DNA of 40,732 nucleotides from Octopus bimaculoides (Eukaryota). The notes under the pieces were generated by a model, which was not told the DNA's origin, did no database searches, and saw nothing but the letters and a program-made list of their open reading frames with translations. The position numbers and the translations under genes are program-made. How positions within the stretch are numbered: position 1 is the first letter of the stretch; the number at the start of each line of letters is the position of its first letter. This document shows positions 34,850-40,732 of this stretch, piece by piece. Location of the stretch: NCBI RefSeq assembly GCF_001194135.2, contig NC_068988.1, forward strand, positions 19,932,225 to 19,972,956. The letters run 5' to 3'.

Positions 34850-34918
34850 ATACATATATACACATACATTCATAGTATATATATGTTTGTGTATATACAT
34901 ATATATATATAGAAACAC

Positions 34919-34978
<60 letters not shown>
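34850..34978. repeat. (TACA)/(AT)n microsatellite
   Basis: Read directly. Confidence 0.93.
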
Positions 34979-34981
<3 letters not shown>

Positions 34982-35943
34982 ATTAAGACGGGCTGAACGA
35001 CAAGTTTGGGAGGAGAGCTAAGTTCAAGAAATTGTCCGCAGTAGCTGACTGATACCTGCGCTCAACTGCAATACGTGTGAATGAAGAACCTGAAGAAAGG
35101 TACCGACACAATGTATTTTGCTACGCACATTCGTCCATCTATCCCTCGAATGATTTTAAATACTGTTTCTTTTCTTTTTTTTTTAGAGGCATCATAGTAG
35201 GAGATGTGAACCCATGTTACCACCCCAAGACAGTTCTGATGGAAGTAGATCAAAGAATATTTTAAATAAATTGCTTGTATATACGCGAGGATTGTAATTG
35301 CTCCGTATAATCTTTCTCACGAGGTAACAATTCAATGTTTCTATTTCTTGTATGACCATCGAGTACACGGTTTTCGTATTTTCGCTAATGCCAAAACTCT
35401 ATGGTATTAAAATAGACCAATGATTATAAAACTCATCTTAGAATAGTATTCCGGCTAACACCGCAAAGTTCGAAGTCTTAAAATGATATGTGGAGTCATT
35501 TTCTTTGCTAACTACACAAGTAAAAACCACGTTGCTCTAAAGCTTGTTTACCAGTAACTTATCCTATACTAGCATTTCAATTATTTATTCAGTTTGAGTA
35601 AAACCCTTACATGATATTTCTTTTCTTTGTTTAACTGCCTAAAATTCACGATTCACTTGTTCGCATTGCTTTTATTGGATTTTACCTACTGTTTCCACGA
35701 AATGACAATATGCACAAACAACATGCAAAATTACGTAAAACAATAATGTGAGAATTTCTTAACTGCACGCAATATTAAATAATATGAAAAGATACTTTTT
35801 AGCGGCACTACATTCAAAAAAGAACATCACTTCCAGAATTCAGTGAATGCAATTTCTGCAATGCATTTGTGAATAAAAAAGAATACTGCTATGTACTTTT
35901 TGCATCTAAAATGTCGAAAAACATCTATCTGTATATCTGTCAT

Positions 35944-35944
<1 letters not shown>

Positions 35945-35974
<30 letters not shown>

Positions 35975-35975
35975 C
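35945..35975. repeat. (ATCT)n microsatellite
   Basis: Read directly. Confidence 0.9.
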
Positions 35976-36279
35976 TCCCTAAATATATTTCTTTTTCTCT
36001 CTAGCTTTCTCTGTATATTTATATATATACATATATGCCTGTGTGTAGGTGTGTCTCTGGGTGTGTATGTATATATACACATATATATATATATGTATGT
36101 ATGCGTGTGTGTGGGGGGGTGTAAATAACATGTGGTGTTCGTCCTTTATACCGCAAAAAAAACAAGGTGTTTTCTATCTATGAAAAGGAGATCCCTATAT
36201 GAATCTCGGAAAGTATTAGAGATGTCACCTACAAGGCAGCAATAAATTTACCGAAGTCAATTAAATGATCGAACTAAGT

Positions 36280-36414
36280 GTATATATATATATATATATA
36301 TATNNNNNNNNNNNNNNNNNNNNNNNNNNNNNNNNNNNNNNNNNNNNNNNNNNNNNNNNNNNNNNNNNNNNNNNNNNNNNNNNNNNNNNNNNNNNNNNNN
36401 NNNNNNNNNNNNNN

Positions 36415-36481
<67 letters not shown>

Positions 36482-36500
36482 ATGCATGTATGTATGCATG
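36280..36500. repeat. (TA)n-gap-(TG)n(TATG)n compound microsatellite
   Basis: Read directly; N-gap 36304-36414. Confidence 0.95.
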
Positions 36501-37457
36501 TATAATATTAATTGCTAAGCATCGTAGTTTTATAACAGCGGGTTTAATAATTCTTAAACAATGCACTAAACACAAGAAATATTCGTAAGAAACAAATTAT
36601 TCACACTCAACAATGTATTCGTTCATCAATAACAATGTTTTATTATGTGCAAATGAAAAGAAGATTTAATTAAGCCGTACAATTTAACTACTAAACCTAC
36701 AAGTGTTTAACAAATCGCAACAAGTTACATCTCAGCAATAGGATATTTTATATTATATAATATTTATGATATGCAATATATCATCATGTTAGCTTTACAA
36801 AAAGATAACCGGGTATTTATGTTCAATGTGTTTGACTGTATTGATGAAATAGTACATTTATTTCAGAAAGCATTTTTTTTTTTCTGCAAAAGTTCAAAGG
36901 CATTTCTGGATTGTTAATCATATACTGTGTTTTTTTTTTACCTCTTCTAATGTATGTCACCAAGTTAAAGAGGATACGTATTTGTCTTTCATGTAACCAG
37001 TATTTATGATGGCAGGATAAATATATGAATCTATTTCGATTAGATATACATTTCTATGTTGAGCTATAACACTGTTGGTTTATGTAACTAAGCATGTATG
37101 AGTGTACGTATGTGCATGCTTGTGCTTATGTATGAGTGTGTATATGCATATGTGCGTGTGTGTATGTGCGTGTATTTTATATATATATATATATACACAC
37201 ACACACATTATTACTGTCTCTTAAATCAGGAATCCACTAGAGTGCTCCACAAACTATATTTTTAGAGATAACATACAATATTTATCCAAGTGAATAAAAA
37301 AGCAATTCAGGACACAAATATTGATATATAATATACATGTATTTACTGGAATGTGATTGTGTTTCTGCAAGCAGTTTACATTCATTTATATAAATCTAGA
37401 ACCATGTAATGTCAAACGGAATATGACAAATGCAAGATGCCCTTGAATATATAATAC

Positions 37458-37499
37458 AATGAATAATACACAATATAAAATGAATAATACAGAATATAA
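37458..37499. repeat. 21-bp tandem duplication, 1 mismatch
   Basis: aatgaataatacacaatataa / aatgaataatacagaatataa. Confidence 0.8.
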
Positions 37500-37982
37500 T
37501 ACATAATATATCTAAACTTTTATATAAACTCATACAAGTTAATTTTTTCTTATATGTTTAAGTTGGTGTATATAAATAAAACTATTTTGAAGATTGAACC
37601 TATAATATCATACTAAGTTTTTTGAATTTCAACAATCTAATATTTGCTCGTTGTTGTTTTTGACCACATGTAACAGCATAACTGTAATCAATGGCATTCT
37701 TTTGATGATTTTTTATTCTTACAGTGCATTTCCGATTACATTATGCAAAACGACTTGTATTGTTACTTATTTCGAAAGATTTTTTTCCGCTTTTCGAGAA
37801 TATAATTTACTCAGATAGGACCACTCTTCTTATCTCTATTGTTTTATTATCATTATTCGTTATTAATGTCCAAGTTGAATATATGTCTTTATATACTTGT
37901 TTTATTTCTTTTTGCAATTAATAATGAACAATGTGTCGCTATATACAAATATATGTATGCGTGCGTGTGTGCGTTTGCATGA

Positions 37983-37983
<1 letters not shown>

Positions 37984-38056
<73 letters not shown>

Positions 38057-38065
38057 ATATATATA
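37984..38065. repeat. (AT)n microsatellite
   Basis: Read directly. Confidence 0.95.
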
Positions 38066-39062
38066 CGTGCGTGCCTATACACGCACATATATATGCGTGA
38101 GTGTGTGAGTGCATCTGTTATATTTCGCATTATTGTGACTTAAAGTAAGTTTCTTCATTCCACATAGATATTGCAGAAAGTTGTAAGTCTCTCGATATTC
38201 AATGTACGCAACGAAGACCTTACGTCTTCCAACATGACTCTTCGCCTTCTCATAAGGCTACCACAACCAAAGTGTGGATACGTGCCAAACTCTATGATCA
38301 TGTTCTCCCCCACACACACGGAATCTTCACTCATTAGAATACGGTTCACTGTACAATTATGTATCGATCATTGTCGAGAGAGAGAGAGAGATGTCAACAA
38401 ACAACCCCATAACCCCATACAATATCACAAGTCTGCTATGACCAGCACTATGTCAAAAATTGATGAATATCATATGATTAGAGATATGATCCTCGGTCTG
38501 AATCAACCATCGACGCTATAGGTGGATTCATTGAATACGTACGATAAAATAACTCTTCAGGTTATTTGCTCCAGTTTGTTAATTTGTCTCCAAATACAGC
38601 TATGCGTGTTTTTTTGTAATTCATAAAAACGACCCAAATAAAACTGATGCAAACTGTATATGTATATACGTTTGTTACGTTCTAAAGCACGAACGTATCG
38701 ACCCTTGTGTCACTTTGTTAATTCTGCTAAATATAAATATTTGTGCTTGTGCGTGCGCACGTGTGTGTGTTTGTGTGGGTACGCGTGTGTGTATGTGTGT
38801 AGTCTTTTGGATTAATGGGTATTTGTCAATTAAGATGTTGACCAAAGCACGTTCACATTTTGTCATCCTCAATCGGAATGTATTTCCTAAGGATCTACTT
38901 CGGTAATTGCGCAGTGATACTTGAGATAAGAATAATAATAATTGTTGAAGAAACCGCAAGAGAGATTTGCCAAATCTGTGTTTGGCTTCCTTCACCAATT
39001 ATTATTAATCCTCTTCTTCCTTTTCTTCTTCTTCTTATTATTATGAGGTTGATATATACGTG

Positions 39063-39103
<41 letters not shown>

Positions 39104-39497
39104 GGAGAGAAGACAAATTCAAATGTCGATATATATATTCATTCAATCCATATTAACGAAATTTTCCATGGTATATATATAATATACATAAATAGACTGA
39201 AAAAATGATAAAAAACCTTAATCGATTTTCGAACCTAATTGGTTTCTTATCAGAGGCATCCACATCATTCTAACAGTCCCCAGAGAAACAAGCAGGCAAG
39301 CTGTTTATATACTCAACAAATGCAGCAGTTATTCTGTGAATGAGTTCCTAATTTGCGTACCGAAAGTGTTTAAGATTCTATAAATACTAGTGGCCGGTCA
39401 ACGGGGATCTTAGTCCACACAGTATCAAAGTATGATATAATAAATATGTAATTATAATATATATGTATATATATATAAAGGGAGAGAGAGAGGGGGG

Positions 39498-39732
39498 ACC
39501 CTTCGGTCATGAATGACCAGGGGATAGCACCTACAAAATTCCCCTCCGAGACACAAGTCCGGACAAGATAACTTATGAAAAACCGGCAGTCGCCCATGCA
39601 TACCAGCCTCCCCTATCCACGCTACCGATGTTATGCAATAGAAATGCAAAGGCCGATAAAGCTTGATACCAGTGACGTCGCGATTCATTTCTACAGTGGA
39701 ATGAATCGGAGCCTCGTGAAATAAAGTGCCTT
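39498..39732 (-). mobile_element. SINE family E, 5' part missing (remnant of head H1 + a different tail T2)
   Basis: Shares cgtgaaataaagtg (39715-39728) and adjacent similarity with 12111-12124 of the family C element, then continues into unrelated sequence (gcagtcgcccatgcataccagcctcccc...). Matches my recollection of an abundant octopus SINE. Confidence 0.7.
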
Positions 39733-40677
39733 AGATAGACTGCATTATTTATAGATATCGATGTGCTTGAGTGTGTATGAATGAATGTATGTATTATAAG
39801 ATATTGTGTATTTTCCTACAATTTAAAGCACTCTGTTTCAGACAACAAATAAATGTAAATGCATCCTGTTACTCTCTTCTAACATAGAAGTATTTGGATG
39901 CATGGCTGGAAAGTTTCATTACTGCTTGGTCACACTCCAGATGATAATGATCCCTTCGATTTCAGTCGATGAAAAGAACTTGATTGCAATTTTTATTTTA
40001 GATAGTTAGAAACCATTACTAGTTCAGATAACAGTATTAAATTTCCTATTAAGCTTTGGTTGGTAATTTGTTTGATAATATGTATTTTATGCTGAAACAA
40101 CTTATATAACAAAATTTATGCCAGTTGTATTCTAGGAATATTTATATAAATATAATCACATTACGACTGTCTTTGCATACTAAAGGATAAAGAGCTTATC
40201 ATGAAATGCTGCATTAATCGTTTTCCGCTAATCTTTAGCGCAGAGAGTGAGGGAGAGAAAGTGAGAGAAAGAGATAAAGAAGGAGAAAGCAAGAGGAAGC
40301 AAGAGAAAGACACACATTAATTTTTAAATTTAGATAAGGAAATTCGATAGTGCTAGCCACGCTTTCAGCGGATTATGTCATTATTGGATCCTCCGTGATC
40401 AGAAGGAGTATTGCTAGAACACAATGGGTAATGAGTTTCAGAAGACACGGATATAGTTCGTATGCCTTATGTCTATTTGCGTTAAGATAATGTCCTTTGA
40501 GTGCAGGGTTTTTATGGCTTTCGTTACTTTACAGACTTTGTAGGAGGTAAAAAAAAATTTGAATAGTGCATCAATTATTTGTGTTCTTCTGGAATGTTCA
40601 AACTAATAAAATTATTTGTTCCTCACAATGCTACATTCTACAGACAATGAATTTGAGAGATAAAGCGGTAGTTTGTT

Positions 40678-40687
40678 TATATATATA

Positions 40688-40732
<45 letters not shown>
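40678..40732. repeat. (AT)n(GT)n microsatellite, runs off the window end
   Basis: Read directly. Confidence 0.95.

Noticed and set aside
39859-39903. Hairpin atgcatcc...ggatgcat with an inner stem
   Set aside because: About 45 nt with bulges and mismatches; too short and weak to call a pre-miRNA.
1-40732. CRISPR array, rRNA, prokaryotic defence or operon-like systems
   Set aside because: No repeat-spacer array, rRNA-like sequence or gene-dense segment; the DNA is eukaryotic non-coding throughout.

Overview
AT-rich eukaryotic non-coding DNA from a fragmented assembly. It has nine N-gaps totalling about 2.2 kb, and most abut microsatellites. The mix of tRNA-derived SINEs and very dense di-, tri- and tetranucleotide microsatellites matches what I recall of Octopus (coleoid cephalopod) genomes; that assignment is inference, not a search result. 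I cannot support any host protein-coding gene, RNA gene or CRISPR array, and nearly all long ORFs in the track are artefacts of N-runs or microsatellites. What is supportable is a transposable-element landscape: (i) at least four SINE types, two copies of which retain target-site duplications, and which appear to swap 5' and 3' modules; (ii) a probable 5'-truncated L1/Tx1-type LINE ORF2 C-terminus (27883-28210, minus); (iii) a probable R4/Dong-type LINE 3' end running into (AAT)n at the window start; (iv) a degenerate hAT/Charlie-like MITE; (v) many simple and compound repeats, including a ~260 bp (TTC)n tract. I found no convincing novel biological system. The most interesting observation is the modular SINE network. 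Family names rest on recalled consensus sequences and need RepeatMasker/Dfam or BLAST confirmation; within-window alignments, TSDs and repeats were read directly.
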